NCBI RefSeq assembly: GCF_009914755.1
Contig: NC_060937.1
Reading direction: 5' to 3' (one strand)
Length of the DNA stretch: 64,000 nucleotides
Source: the human T2T-CHM13v2.0 reference genome, Homo sapiens
A program made the position numbers and the translations under genes. Below, in pieces: positions 28,721 to 43,323 of the stretch (its first letter is position 1; the number at the start of each line of letters is the position of its first letter). The notes beneath the pieces were generated by a model. That model was not told the DNA's origin and ran no database searches. It was given only the letters and a program-made list of their open reading frames with translations.

Positions 28721-29222
28721 TATTTATGAAAGAGTAGCTATAAATAAAATCTTAAAAACCAAACTAGAAAATGGAAACTGCATCTAAGAGATTTGTACAA
28801 TTAGAGATTATGGACTACATTAGAGAAAATGAACTATCATATAGGTAGGGTAGTCAGACATGGTAAAAATAAAGAATGCCTTTATTAGTGATTTTTTAGC
28901 CACTTCTGTTTAGCTTGATGAAATAATCCTTTGACCATCCAAGGGAATATGTTAGACTGCTAAATGGGAGGTTCACATGGAAGCTGTTCCAAGGAAATTG
29001 AACGTTATGAAGTAGAATGTTGGGAAAGTGTTAAAATCTTCACAGAATAAAAGGATTTAAGAGAGTTGGAATATGATGCCATAGAAGAAGACCATGGCAG
29101 TTGGTAGGGAGATTAAGCATGCTTAAAAGAAAGGGGACACTTATAGGAGGTAGAGAACATGTTTCTAAAGTCTGGATCACTGAAAATATGAACAGTATTA
29201 TGACATGATATAGGAGCATATG

Positions 29223-29259
29223 ACACACACACACACACACGTGCACACACACACACACA
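29223..29259. repeat. Interrupted (CA)n microsatellite
   Basis: Two CA runs separated by gtg. Confidence 0.95.
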
Positions 29260-29777
29260 ATTTGAGTTTAATCCTGTTATTTGGGGAGGGAGAATAATCA
29301 TGACTGGTATAAATAAGCTTTGATCTGGAAGAATGTTCTAGTAAGAGAAAGAGTCAGTAATTCATATGGTGAATTATTAGTGGTGGCTGGAGTACACAGA
29401 GTTCAATAGTAGCAAACACACACATGAGAGACACATGGTCCTCTTGACAAAGGCATAAGCATAATGAAGTGAAAAATACACTATTGTAGAATTTATACAA
29501 TATTATTCTTTGAAAAAATAACTGCCTTTCATTGGGGGTGGGTAGTTTTAAGTTTCATGTTACAAAAATATAAGATTCTAAAATTACAAGTACTACATAA
29601 TTCTCTGACAAAATAAATAAACAAATTGCAAATATGTTTTGCTTAGATAATGAGAATTTTTCTGGAGATGAGTAGGGAGAGGAGAGTATATAAGGGAGCA
29701 AATGTTGGGCAAATAAAATCTTAGAATTCTTAGTAATTGTTTGGAGCAAAATGACAGGAAAACACAAACTTTAAAAA

Positions 29778-30218
29778 AATTATTTCAATGGCTTTTGGGG
29801 TACAAGTGGTTTTTGGTTACATGGATGAATTATACAGTGGTGAATTCTGAGATTTTAATGCACTTGTCACCTGAGTAGTGTATGTTTTATGCAATATGTA
29901 GTTTTTTACACTACCACTCCTCTTTTACCTTCCCCTTCTGAGTCTCCAAAGTCCATTAAATCACTCTGTACTCCTTTGTGTAATCATAGCTTAACTCCCA
30001 CCTATAAGTGAGAACATACAGTATTTTGTTTTTTATTCCTGAGTTACTTCACTTAGAAAAATTGCCTCCAGCACCAGCCAAGTTGCTGCAAAAGACATTA
30101 TTTTGTTCATATTTATGGCTGAATAGTATTCCATAGTGTATATATACCACATTTTCTTTATCCACTCATTGATTGATGGGCACTTTGGTTGTTTCCATAT
30201 CTTTGCAATTGTAAATTG
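29778..30218 (-). mobile_element. L1PB-type 3' end
   Basis: ttatttcaatggcttttggggtacaagtggtttttggttacatggatgaa...ataagtgagaacatac...ttgcaattgtaaattgt. Confidence 0.9.
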
Positions 30219-30704
30219 TACAAATGTTTAGATAGCTAAAAATAAATAGATTAATTAAAAGATTATCTAATCTAAAATTTCAATTTATTTAGCTATTTTA
30301 ATGTGGTATCTTTTCCTGGAATCCAAAATCTTCAGTAAAATTTTATTACTACTTGTATGGATGTGTATTTTGGGGAATGGGTAGAATTTTAGGAAGTTCC
30401 TCATTTTCTCATCTCAGTCAGTAAAAACATGATCTAAAAATAAAAGGCCTGGAAGCAATTCACTAGATGCAGAGGTCACCATGAAATCGTGATTCTTCAG
30501 AAACCTGGGAGAGGAATTTAGATTCCTATGCACCATGGAACATGGATTCAGGGCAATGTCATATATGGATTTACAGAAGCAAAGAGGCCTGTGCTAGTAT
30601 ATGACTTACAGAAATTGAATCACCCTAGCTGGCATTGCAGATCTGAACTTGCCCTCTATTCAATGGCCCAACACTCCCTGTGGCCTTCAATGCAGATATC
30701 TCAA

Positions 30705-30865
30705 GTACTACTCACTAACACCTTGTGGAGTTGTTACTACTATCATCCTCACTTTGAAAAAAAAATAAAGTTGCTTAGAAATATTGAGTAACTTGCCAAA
30801 ATTTAGTTTGCTGGTAATTGACAAAATCAGGATTTGAACCAAGGTTTCTCTGTCTACAAATGCTA
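30705..30865 (-). mobile_element. MIR
   Basis: tatcatcctcacttt...gagtaacttgccaaa...caggatttgaaccaagg. Confidence 0.7.
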
Positions 30866-31407
30866 CTAGCATAACTACTACATTCAAGAGTTCTCTTAAA
30901 TATTATTAAATACATATGTGCAGTCATAAGGACATTTAGTCTTACTTTCATAGGAATCAAATAAGATTACCTTATATACACACATTTTTCTATTTATTGA
31001 GATCCATATCAAATGTAGATCAGTTAATGTTTATTGAGCATACTCTATGACCAACACTAGGCTAGAAACATTTGTATATGCTGCTTTTTATCCTGTTTAT
31101 CTGCAAAGTCCTGATCCATGATCAGTGGCATATGGGTGCTATCAATTATGTCAGTGCTACTGATGGATATTCATTGTTCTATTTGAAGATGACTGTTGGA
31201 TCAGCAAGCTTGACTGTGTTCATGGTATCCCACACTTTCATGGGGTACAATGAACTAACTGTGCATCAAAAGGATCAACTACCTACTTTTGCTTTACTTA
31301 GCAACACAGTAAATTATAAAATTTTATTATTCTGAGACAACTGTCTCTAATATCAGACATAAATACAATCAAGTAAGAATCAAGATGAAAATAGACATTT
31401 TCAAAGC

Positions 31408-31532
31408 ATTTCACTCATTACACAAATATTTATTAAGTGCATACTGGATGTCAGATATTATTTTAGAGTTAAAGATACAACAATGAACAAAACAGAAAAA
31501 AACACTGCCCTCTTGTAGCTTACATTTTAGTG
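31408..31532 (-). mobile_element. L2 3' end
   Basis: cactcattacacaaatatttattaagtgc...gatacaacaatgaacaaaacag...ccctcttgtagcttacatttt. Confidence 0.75.
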
Positions 31533-32054
31533 AAATATCTCTGTCTTCAGTACATTTATTAGAGGACTGTGGTATAGTGGCAGACATAAGGGCTTTGCAA
31601 CAGATCACTTGTTAATATTGGGACCTTTCCTTGGACTTTGAATATTCTTAGCTACACAATACGAAAACTTATATGAAGACCATTGAAAGGGTTAATTACA
31701 AGGTAATGTGTGCACATTTAGTATACATGCAAGAATTATCTTTCTAGACATTGTTTTTTGAGCTAATACTGAGGAACATTACTAATTCAGTGAAAACATA
31801 ACTGGTATCATTAAACATCCTTTTATCATAGGTTCAAGTGGGCTATTCTTTGGAGAAATGTTTGCAGCTTCTATTTATTTCATTTTAAAGATCTTTGGTA
31901 CATGACTCTCACTGGGCTCCCACAGGGCTAAAACTCTAGGAGTGGAAAATAGATTTTCCATAATTACAAAGAATTTGATGATAAAGAAATTCACACAAAA
32001 GATATCAGACTTCTATTAAAATGGATCAAACATCTTATTCTTGAGTACAAAGCA

Positions 32055-32328
32055 TGTTGTAGTGAAAAAATTGAATGGTGATGAGTCAGAAGTTTTGATT
32101 TTTATTCATAGCTACATAATTTCAAACCATGTGATCCTCATTTAATCACTTTTCCCCACAAACTGTTTCCTCATCTGTAAATTGAGAGCAGTATTTCTGC
32201 ATCCATAGATTAGAGAACTGTTCTGAGGATCAGTTGAAAAAATTATGTAAAATGTATCTGAAAACTGCTCTCTAAATATTAGATTGCTTGGCACACAGCA
32301 GGCATTCAATAAATATCTGCTGACTGAA
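32055..32328 (+). mobile_element. MIR followed by an L2/MIR-type tail
   Basis: ctgtttcctcatctgtaaattg core; gcttggcacacagcaggcattcaataaatatctgctgactgaa. Confidence 0.7.
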
Positions 32329-35300
32329 AGAAGATTTTATTATCACTTTTGCATCCAGGACTGAAGTGTCTTAATTCATTGTAGACACAGTGAACTAGTA
32401 TTTGGAGGTAGCAGAGTGACTCATTTATATTTGACAGATAATCAGCTTGTGCTACCCAGTTTAATTATATATCTTCATGGGGAACTAAGGTTATGATAGA
32501 AAATGAAGAGCAACTCTCACAGCCGTTAGTCTACCAGTATGCACTAATCATAAAATGTGGAAATCTGAACTCTTGTTAAGTGCAGTGCAGAAAATGGAGC
32601 CAAGATGGGATACATTCTCACCATGGAAGCTCTGACCTTTTGTATTACTACTCTTTATAAATATTTTGTAAATATTCAATAAATATAAGTAAGTGAAAGT
32701 ACTCCTTACATTTTATGGAAATAGAAAAGCTTTTGGACCACAGGTGACTAAACAGTAAAATCAATAAAAAGAGCAGTTATTAAAGTAATAATTGTGATAC
32801 TATTTTCAATCATATCATTATAGTTATAATATTGATCGTAGGCATGTATACATAATGGAAATTAAATAATCAAGTTGCCTAATCAGCAGTGGGGTTTTCA
32901 TTGTAATTGTTTTCTTCATAAAATTGCTATTTACTCCATCTCCCTAGATTGATGAGGTATATTTTTTTTTTCCTGAGTAACATTTTCAACCAGAATTCTG
33001 ATGGCTAAGATATTCAATTACTCTCAGGTAGTCTCGCATCCCAAAATCCCAATTTCTAGAATTTCAACCCCAACATGATCCTTAATGGGAATTTGCCATT
33101 CTGCCCTTGGATAATACTCGTTTGAAACATCAAGAATCTACTTGAAATGCAACAAATTGAAAAGATCCCCTGAGCTTAACTCAGCAGACACTACTTCCTA
33201 TGCTGACTTTAGGGACCATGTTTAATCAGACAGGGTCCTCCTCAGGCACCAACTAAATTTTTACAATTCTTCCTGTTTGGTTTAATCTACTTCAACAGAC
33301 AGTTATTCTGTAGCTCCTAGGTGTAATATTCTCCATACCTTTTCATTAAACTGAAGAAATAGGAAAATGCCTGAATGGCTTTTTTAAAGTAAATTGGTTT
33401 AGATGGTAAAGAAAAATACAGATCCAATGAAAGATATTGCTGTGACTCTGAGTGGTGGAACATAGAGAAACTTTAGGAATGAAGAACATTATCCTGGCAT
33501 GTAAAAGATAGGTGGATTTGGGTAAGCAGATATGATTTAGGGGAGAGGAGTCTACTCATAATAAGCAGGTAAGCTGTGCAGAGATCCATCCTAGATTGAC
33601 AATAGTTTCAGATAAGGAGGTGAGTAATAAGGCTGAAAAATGGGAATGGGGGCAAAAGAACAGTGTGTTTTTAGAAGAATCAGCAAAAAAGCTGTGCATA
33701 AGGCATTTAAACTAAAACATCTTTAAAAAAATAGAAGTGCTAGTTAGTGTGACTTCGAGAGTGATCTGTAGGCCAGTGTCTTTCTATCAGATGATAGCAT
33801 TCTTCAATGAGATAAAAGGAGAAAATGAGAGTCAACATTTTCAAATCCTTATAGCCCTTTAAGCACTATTATGTCTATTAGGTCTAATAATTTAAAAAAT
33901 GATGTTTGCAGTTTATATGTATTTTTTAATTTCATTTTTCTGATAATTTATTTTAATGGCTTTTTACAAAAGTATTAGCCCATGACGGATTTGGGGAGAA
34001 CCTCCTCCCCTCCTTTTAACCACAAATAATTTGAGAAGCACTGGTGTGGTGCAGTAGCAGCACATGATAAATGAGGATGTACAGAAGTGACAAGGCAGAA
34101 TCAGGCCAGATAAACGTCCCTGAATGGTTACGCTGGTTCTCAATTATTTATTTGCCATGGGGAGCCAGGGAGAATTTCTGCACCTCCCACTGCTTCCTTT
34201 AAGTTGTCATCCTCCTCCACTGCTGCAGTCTGGAGGTTCTCCCTGGAGGCTGTATTCATTGACAACATTTCCTGAGGTAACTCACACTGAGGTGACAACC
34301 TTAATAGCAACACTCTGGAAATGCGCCCAGTAGCAGCTACTGCAGTGTTCTTCATCTAACTGGATTTTTTGGCCTTAAACTCTCTTCTTTCCTGGCTTCC
34401 ATGATATCAGTTTCTCCTGTTCTTTACCTGCACCTCTGATACATCCTAGCTATCTTCTGTGCTGACTCCTCTTTTCAAAAATTACTAGTACATGTCCTGA
34501 CCCCTAACGTTTCATACATCCCAGCCATTGGATGTAAACTTGTTTGGGTTCATGGATCTCATTGAAAACATGAGAAAAATTGTATATGAACCCTTTTCCT
34601 TTAAAAAAAGCATATGAACACATGCGATTACAAATTGACTTTAAATTTATTTTATTACATATGTCTACCAGATACATAATTTGTTTTTTCTTATTTATTT
34701 TTTATGCATAAAGTGCCAAATAATAATGAACCAGGACAAAAATCACCTTTGGATCAGCAAAGGTAACCTCCTATAAAAAGTCAGAATGGTTGTATAGAAA
34801 CCGCTGAGGATAGTCATTCTGCCTACACTGAGTGGGCAGACATAAGTTGTTTATTTCACAAGAGGAAAAAAAGGTAAGATAATTTCTGTTTTTAGACACT
34901 AGTAAATTCACTTTATTCTTTGGAAGAGCAGAAAGGATTTCAGGATCCTGAGAGGAAAATTGCTAGAACCATTCATGCCGAGCACTTTTGCAGCCTTCTC
35001 CTATCTTGAGAGCATGTGCAACAAGATCAGTGAGGGCCCAAGGCAACAACCTTAGGATGATAAACATGGGCCAAGCTTCACATTGAGAAGTAGACTCCCT
35101 CTCTGTGATGAAACACTACAGTCCATGCTGCAAATTAGACACCAGTGAGTCATCTCAATAGTGTTAAGCTTCCAGCTATGTATGAACAGTCTTAAGTAGT
35201 GACTTCATGCCTCCTGAAGAACGAGGGCGGAAAGGGAATAACCAGACTGTATCTGTCTGGCACATAGGAGCTGGACACCATAAATTCCTGAGCATCTTTT

Positions 35301-36019
35301 GAAAATTATATGAGGCAAAAGGAAAAGGAAAAGATTCAAAAGTAGATTCTGAACTGACTGCCAACCAGAGAATTAAGCAGCTTGGAATTAGTATTGGAAT
35401 AATAAAATGCATATTACAATGTATGGTTTAAGTCTATATTAGCTAAAAATAAATTATTAAAATATATATACAAAGATTTAACTAAAAAGAGATTTATTCA
35501 TCTCTTCATCTTATGTTTAAATGAAAAATTAACCATTTGATGACAGGAAAATCCTTGAGGGTCAAATTTGACAAATAATAATTCTAATTTAATTTGCTTA
35601 GAATTATTTTAGTGAGATTGTATTTATTGATCCTGAAAAAAGTTGAATATCAGTATGCATATCATATCTTTAGTTTAATGAATAAAGCTTCCTATTTTTA
35701 TCAACATCTCTGAAATTTCGGCCTCTATTCTATGATAAGTCCACAGTTTGATTTAATGAAACCTTTAGAAAACTGGACAGCATTTTCAGGTGTCTTCTTT
35801 GTCTAACAAAGAAACAAATAATGCTGTATCGTCTTCAAATCTGGTGTATATAAGTATTTTTTATCACACTGAAAGGATCATGTAGTTTATCTAATCTCCT
35901 CTTCCAGAGTAGCATTTTGGCCAAAAGAGCTCATAGTCTATCAGCGCCATCTGCAATCCTGAATGCATTACAAGAATAAATCATTCTTGTAATCAAAATA
36001 TTGCCTAAGTCAGTGGACA

Positions 36020-36152
36020 TCAGAGTGCTAATTCTTAAGTCTTACCACAAATCTACGGAAACAGAAACTCTGGAGGTGGAACCCACTAGTCTGTTTTAAC
36101 AAGCCCTCTAGATAATTCTGCAGTGCACCACAATTTAAAATCCATTGCTCCT
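36020..36152. mobile_element. MER5A-like DNA transposon fragment
   Basis: cagaaactctggaggtggaacccactagtctgttttaacaagccctctagataattctg. Confidence 0.75.
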
Positions 36153-36674
36153 AGTAAACAGTCTTCTAATTAAACTTTGTCAAATAAGAACCCCTTCTAG
36201 TCAAATTGTTCTAGGAATATTTTTCTCTTCTTCTCAAATAAAAGATACACCAACCCGTTGAAATTCAATCAAATTCCTTGAGACTTTTACTCTGGAAATC
36301 TAGGAAATATCTATACACAGATGAATACAGCATATTTTGCTCCCATTTTATAGAAAACAAGACCCCTGATACTGAATAATTCAAATTCTTGGCTTTAATG
36401 AAGCTGATGACATTCAGAGAAATAAGCAAGTCATATGCCTGTAATGTTAACTGAGATTTTCTGACAATGTATACAAATGTTACAAGCTATAATTCTTAAT
36501 GGTGTGTGGTTTTGTTTTTTCCCCACAGGCAAATAATCAAGATATGTTATCAAATATTACAGATGCTTACCTAAGCTCAAAATACTTCAATTTTGTTTCA
36601 TTTAAAGATGTACTTACAAAATTTTTTTGACTGATTCAAACTTTTGACACCTTTTGATTAATAAAGTGGAGTGA

Positions 36675-36916
36675 TCAAGTTCAGCAGATCTGTTGTACAA
36701 CTGAGTAGCTATAGTTAATAATAATGTATTATATACTCAAGTAGATCTTAAATGTTCCCACAAAAAGATAAGCATATGAGGTAATGTGTATGTTAATTAG
36801 ATTGATTTAGTCATCTCACAATGTATACATATATCAAAACATCATGTTGTACACCATAAATATATATAGTTTCTATTTGTCAATAATAAATAAATACATA
36901 CCTACATACATATTTA
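36675..36916 (+). mobile_element. L1MA-type 3' end
   Basis: gatctgttgtacaac...catatatcaaaacatcatgttgtacaccataaatatata; TSD aaagtggagtga (36663-36674) / aaagtggtgtga (36917-36928). Confidence 0.88.
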
Positions 36917-37481
36917 AAAGTGGTGTGAGAACACATATAATTCTGTAAGCCTGGGAACTGGCCATGCAGAAGGATGTGAGAGCATGCTTATCCGAGTGCA
37001 GGTTGGAAGGAAATAAATTGAGAATCTATTTCTTCATGACTAGTTTTGATACCAGAATAAGTATCATATGGGGGTATTAGGCAGTGTGGTGCCATTTGTC
37101 AAATGGTATCATATCTACTGTATTTCTTTGTGCCAAGTAATAATTTGATTTAGCCACTTTCAGAAGAAATAGCTTCACCAAATTGTGCCAAATCGTGTGT
37201 TGATTCCTTGGTTTGACTATATGATGAACAAATTATGAGATTTTTTTAAGGCAGGGATTGGGGCAAATCCAAGATGTAATTGTTGCCCAGCCTTTTTCAA
37301 ATTGAGATTATTTTTTACATGTGTTTTCAGGATAAGCAGTTATGAAGGGCTGCTTTAGTTTCAATGGCTCCATGCTTACTTTACTAAATCCCTGACCAAA
37401 TATATAATATTACTGCAGCTTATTTTATAGCATTATATTTTGCATGGTGAGTAAATCCAAAAGATGAGCAAATTCTGCTGA

Positions 37482-37513
37482 CCCCTTCCCTCCCTCCCTC
37501 CTCCCCACCCATT

Positions 37514-37559
<46 letters not shown>

Positions 37560-37620
37560 TCCTTCCTTCCTTCCTTCCTTCCTTCCTTCCTTCCTTCCTT
37601 CCTTCCTTCTTCCTTCTTTC
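37482..37620. repeat. Compound tetranucleotide STR (CCCT)n-(CCTG)10-(CCTT)13
   Basis: CCTG 37517-37556 and CCTT 37557-37608 counted directly. Confidence 0.97.
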
Positions 37621-38739
37621 TGTCTTTTAACTAAGTCTAATGTAGAAATACAGAGAAGGCCACAATGAAAATGACAGCCTATATTTTTATATAATATAGT
37701 GAAAAAGTACGCTGGCATCATTAGATGGTAATAGTAATGTTGTTACCATTACAGAGTAATCATAACATCTCATGACATTTTAATTTGTTTGGAGAGAAAC
37801 AATCACTTAAAAACTAAACGATAAGAATTTTCAAATAACTGGAAGAAATCCATTAGGAGAAACAATGTATGTAAAGCTTATGCATGATCCCATAACTACC
37901 CCTGCAGATTTTAGACCAATGTTTTAATCCCTTTCCTTATGTATTCACTTAGAGTAGTCATAACCAAATCTATATTTTCCATCAACCTATCGAAAACCAA
38001 AACTAAATGTATAGAATTTTGCATTGAGCTGACTTCGGGGACTTTTAGTCAATTTTCCAAATGATCGCTTTTCTCAGTGGATACCACCTAATAGTACTTA
38101 TTCAATTTTTCCTCCAAGCTTCTTTTCACTTTTATTGACTAGTTCATTAGATTGCAGTACTATTTACTTAGTTGCCAAACTGTGATGTTACATTTAACAT
38201 CCTCACTTGAAAAAGTGCATAATATTTTTTATAAAATATACCTCTAAAATATTTCCATATGATTTCTTGGTACCAATGACTGACTTCACTCTGAATTTCT
38301 GAAATAATTTTTTAACCACCTAAAATTCAGTCATTTATTTTTTCAATCCATCGAATATACAAACCTCAAAATTGTTTTTCTAACAGGCCAAATTTTATCA
38401 TTACTCTCCTTTTAAAAAAGCCTTTAGTGACTTCCCACTAACACAATGCAGCCCCAACTTCTTACCTTGGACACCCATGCATGGCCTTTCACCAACAGAC
38501 TGCTTCTCTCTTTCTCTTTCTCCTCTCATACTTATACTGGAGTTGCATCAGTGCTAAATGTGGTTTTGAGATTTAAATCTTTGGCCCATTCTGTAAGAAT
38601 ATACAAGCATTTTAAGTTTATATAATCACATATTAAATGAAGAAATTAATTTTCCTTCAATTGCATTGTATCATGCCCATAAAATTGATTTTTCTAAAGA
38701 TAGAAAGCAGGCCATATGGAGTACAGTATGGGTTCTCCA

Positions 38740-38945
38740 TTCCAGTGACCTTATTTTGAATCTTCATAGAACTATTATTTGAGGAAAAATCACTTAGTCT
38801 TCTAGGTTTTAGGTTTTCGTTTTCTCAGTTGTAAAAGGAGGTAATAGTAGCATCTGCCTCGTTGGGTGGAGGTGGTATGGGATTGAGATATTGCATGTAA
38901 AGTGGTTGAGAAAGTTCCTGACACGTGTGTTGAAATAATAAATGT
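38740..38945 (+). mobile_element. MIR
   Basis: tttctcagttgtaaaaggaggtaatagtagcatctgcctc...gcatgtaaagtggttgagaaagttcctgacac. Confidence 0.7.
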
Positions 38946-39122
38946 AATCTGTTATAGAAATTGACTTTTCATACCCTAATTTATTGTAACAACTTAATAC
39001 TCCAAATCTGTTTTGTATTTTCATTAGTTGATTCACCAAATTTATTCACTTCAGGCATTGTTCTTTGCGTCATGGCAGCCATTGTGATGCTAAAATTATA
39101 CATAACTAATACTTAAAACTCA

Positions 39123-39425
<303 letters not shown>

Positions 39426-41559
39426 TTAAGCATAGTCGTAACCTTCCATGTTCGATCATCAGCAGTTATACTTTTTGTCCCTAATCCTCCAATACCATTA
39501 AAAGTAGATTTTACACTTATTCCATACAAGAAAATATTGAAGCTCTAATAAGTCAAATTATTTCATGGTAATATAGGAAATAAAGGTAGAATTGAAATTT
39601 GATTATATTCATTGTTTACTACAATGTCTTGAACTCATACTGGTTACCATTTGCTTATTATCTTTAATAGATTATTAAGTATGATAAGGGTTTATATATT
39701 ATTTTAAAACATCACAGGTAAGGTTAAAATTTCTCTTTTTAATATAGGAAAATTAAAATTAAATTGTAGTGGATGCACATCATAGAGAAATATGTGTGAG
39801 TTAGAAGCAATGAACTAGATATGTGCATACCAAAATAATTGGGTCTTTAAAGAGTGGTTCCAAGTTAAAAGTAAAACAAAGGCAACATAAATACAAAATC
39901 TAAATATACATAAAATAATCTATTTTCCAATAACAGGCAAGAATAAAATGATATCCATTCAGTACAGGATAAGGTTGCCTATAGGGAGAGCTTTTAGTAA
40001 GAGTGATGAAAAGTGACAAAAAAACACAAGAAGGGTCTTGTAAGAACCAGTGGTGAAATGTGCCATTAACAGAGTAATGAGATTAACTAAATACTCTGTA
40101 CCCAATATACATTTAAAGGAGAGAAGGATAAAGAGAGAGAGGGAGAGAAGAGAGAGGGAATGCAAGTATGCAAGAAGGGAGGAGAAAGAGAAAGCTAGAG
40201 AGACAGTGAGACAGTAACAAAGAGAGAGAAATTGATTAGAAAATTTGCCTAAGAAACAGAGCAAAGCCAGCATTAAACTTTCACTCAATATAGTCCATAC
40301 TCTTCCCAAAATATGATTTTTCCAGTGTTAACATTTCACTTTTAATGCCAAAAATAATGTGATATTGTACTTTGACAATGAGACAGACAGGTGTGCATTA
40401 TGGAATTCTGGAAAATATTTATGTTTTTCGTGTTTATTACTCAATATAGATCATGTATTTCTAGATAATCAGGAGCACTCAGGTAGCTATTGAAAATATT
40501 CTAAAGCAGATTTGTAATTGAATTCTCATGAGCGGAACTCTAAATGATATATTTTTAGAAAACACTACAAAATTTATACTTTTATTTGCAATTTTTATGG
40601 ATACTGCATATTTTATATGTTAATTTAATGATTTTAAACATTTTTTTTAATTCCACAGAGCCATTTTTAATGAATTATGTTTGACCCTCAATAAGTGATA
40701 TCAAAATTATATATATTCTAGTTGCATGTTTGGGGAAAAAAGCCCCACCTGTATACCAGCTTCCTTTTAACCTGTGATGAGACACAACAGTATTTATTTT
40801 ATAGGAAGAAAATTATAGGTCAAAAGTCTTAGTTTCATAACAGCTTTCCTTAAAAATGTGTATATTTGTCAATGTAGCTTTTACAGTCTAGTGTCAGCTT
40901 ACATTTAAAGCCAATAAAGATTTTATGAGTTTATAAATGAATGAGTACATATAATAAAATGTTTCAAAGGATTCACCTTTTATTTCTAAATGTTGGAATT
41001 TTTAATTACTCTAACTGCACAAATTGCACAAAATACAAGAAGGGCAAATATAAGTTGAAAGATCAGTTGACTAGCCTTTGTGTAACCAATTGAACCATAA
41101 AGTGCATTTTTGTTTGTAATTTGTTTCCTGAATTTGTCTTACTCTGCTAACAATTGTCTTCATTTTCTTTGCTCTTTTATAATATTATTGATTTGCCAGT
41201 CTTTCTACAAAAATATAGAAATCTATCTATTCCAACATCTGCATAATGGCTCTATCTCAAACCAATCTTGAAGCAATATAAATGAAAAGTAAATTATTTT
41301 CATATAAATAATAATATTTACTGAATATTTATTATAATTTAAGCTCTGCCATTCAGTTTAGATGCATTGTTTTACTTAATGCTCAAGAAATCTTATGAGA
41401 AATGAACTATTATTATCCTTTTATGTTAAGGAACTACACCTCAAAGAGTTTAACTTGTTTACCTATATCAATAGAGGAATGTAGGTGCTAGAAATATATT
41501 TATGAGGTAGCTGTGCATTAGTTATCAAGTTATCTAACTCTGAGTTGTTAAAGCTCATC

Positions 41560-42070
41560 TGATACAGACCACCTACCAGAGACAAAACTGTAGGCTAGCA
41601 AAATAGGTTTATTGACTTGCTATGTCAAGGTGAATTGCATGACACAGGCCCATGGGATTTCTACATGAAGGGTGAGGAGGTAGGAAGTTTTGTGTCACCA
41701 TGAATGATTCTAAGAGGTAAGGATAGGAAGGATTAGATCTGATTGATTGCATTATTTAATGTGGAAATAAGAGAAGTAGATTTGAGCTCAGGACTGGTTG
41801 CTGTCATAAAGTGATGGAGGCTAACAATTGGGTATCATATTGACCTTGATTTAAGAGCTGAGAGTAAGGAAGTAGGGCTAAGCAAGTTATTGATAAGAAA
41901 GAAGTAGGTTCAAAGAAGGCGAGTCATTTTGACACTGTACAGCTGCAATGAGAAAAGCACTATTTCTGGTTAACTTTGTAGCTGACTTTATCAGTGTTTG
42001 TTGTCTTTGCCAGCTTAATTGCAGAGATGATTCTTCATGTTTCAGTCCTGAGCAGATTTTTTTCTCTTCA
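41560..42070 (-). mobile_element. Probable degenerate solo LTR, family unresolved
   Basis: tg...ca bounded block with tttatt (antisense poly(A) signal) near its left end and composition distinct from the flanks. Confidence 0.3.
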
Positions 42071-42099
42071 TATTTCAGAGTATTTTTTACTCCTCAGAG

Positions 42100-42330
42100 C
42101 TCACAACGTAGTTATTATTTAAAAGGTGGAGTCTGGAGCCAGAAAGTTGGGAAATGATTCCTTGTCTCTTAATTCCAAATTAGGGGATTGTAGAAATTCC
42201 CATAACTTCTTGTTGCTTAAGTTTTCTCATATGAAAAAGTGGGTAAAATAATAACACGTTCCTCATACTTGAAATATAAATTTAGTCCAGAACCTGGCAT
42301 TTAGTAAATACGATACAGGCGCTATTATGT
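42100..42330 (+). mobile_element. MIR
   Basis: ggagtctggagccaga...aagttttctcatatgaaaaagtggg...cctggcatttagtaaa. Confidence 0.6.
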
Positions 42331-43089
42331 TAACCATATTCAACAATAGGTAAAGAATTTCTTAATGCCTACAAAATATGTGATGCAATTTCTGCATTAG
42401 GCACGGAAATACAATGCAGTTGATTGTGTGTATAGTGACTACAAAACCAATGCAAAAGATGAAGACACAGGTATCGCAATGGATAGAACTTGAGCTTCCA
42501 ATCTGCTTTGCTATTACCTATTCCAGGAAAAAGTTTCACCATGAGAGCATGTTACATACTAACAATGTAAATGGAAAATTTAACTAAAATAATGTGTACC
42601 TTGGCCTAATTAGAATTCAAGCAAAGGCTAAAATTCTTTTTTCATCGATTGAAAACAATGATTAAAGCACACTGTCTGTTGTTACTCATAAATGTTTCAC
42701 AACATTCAGGTGAGAAAACTGAGGCTCTAAAAGATTATATGAATTTTACTTTCGCGATCACACAGCTAAAATCCATTTTTAACATATAAGAACAACGATA
42801 AGGCTCAGTACAAGTCATATATTTCTAATAGAAGGAATAATGTTGATAATATGAATCTTGCAATACGTATGTCAAATTTCTTTAATATTGGGAGCATTTC
42901 CACCATACCCTATAGTCATTATTCTATTAAATAAAGTTTCCGTTTTTCCTCATTCTGGATTATCTTTGTTTTTGTAAGGTTTTTCAGTACATGTTTTGCC
43001 TAACCATCCAGTTTTTTATTTTTCTTTTCTAGAAGATCTTGCACAAATTAAATATTACAAATCATCAATATACATTTTTACTTTAGTTT

Positions 43090-43323
43090 TAAATTTTGGA
43101 ATGTTATAGAGACATATTTCACATAAAATATATTTTACACATTTAAAGTATATAATTGAAGGGTTTTTATTATATGCACAGCATTGTGCAACCATCATAT
43201 CAATTTTAGAACATCTTTTATCATCCTCAAAAGGAACCCAGTATTCATTAGCTGCCATTGGCCAATTCTCCCTTAACCCAAGGAAAGCACTAATTTACTT
43301 TATAAAATCACCTATCCTGGACA
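43090..43323 (-). mobile_element. L1MB-type 3' end
   Basis: catttaaagtatataattg...ttgtgcaaccatca...ttttagaacatctttt atcatcctcaaaaggaaccc. Confidence 0.8.

Noticed and set aside
34054-34075. tagcagcacat resembling the miR-15/16 5' end
   Set aside because: Match is only ~11 nt and there is no complementary arm nearby to form a precursor hairpin
36505-36530. Strong splice-acceptor-like ttttgttttttccccacag
   Set aside because: No convincing paired donor or coding frame; such motifs are common in AT-rich DNA, so an exon cannot be supported without RNA data
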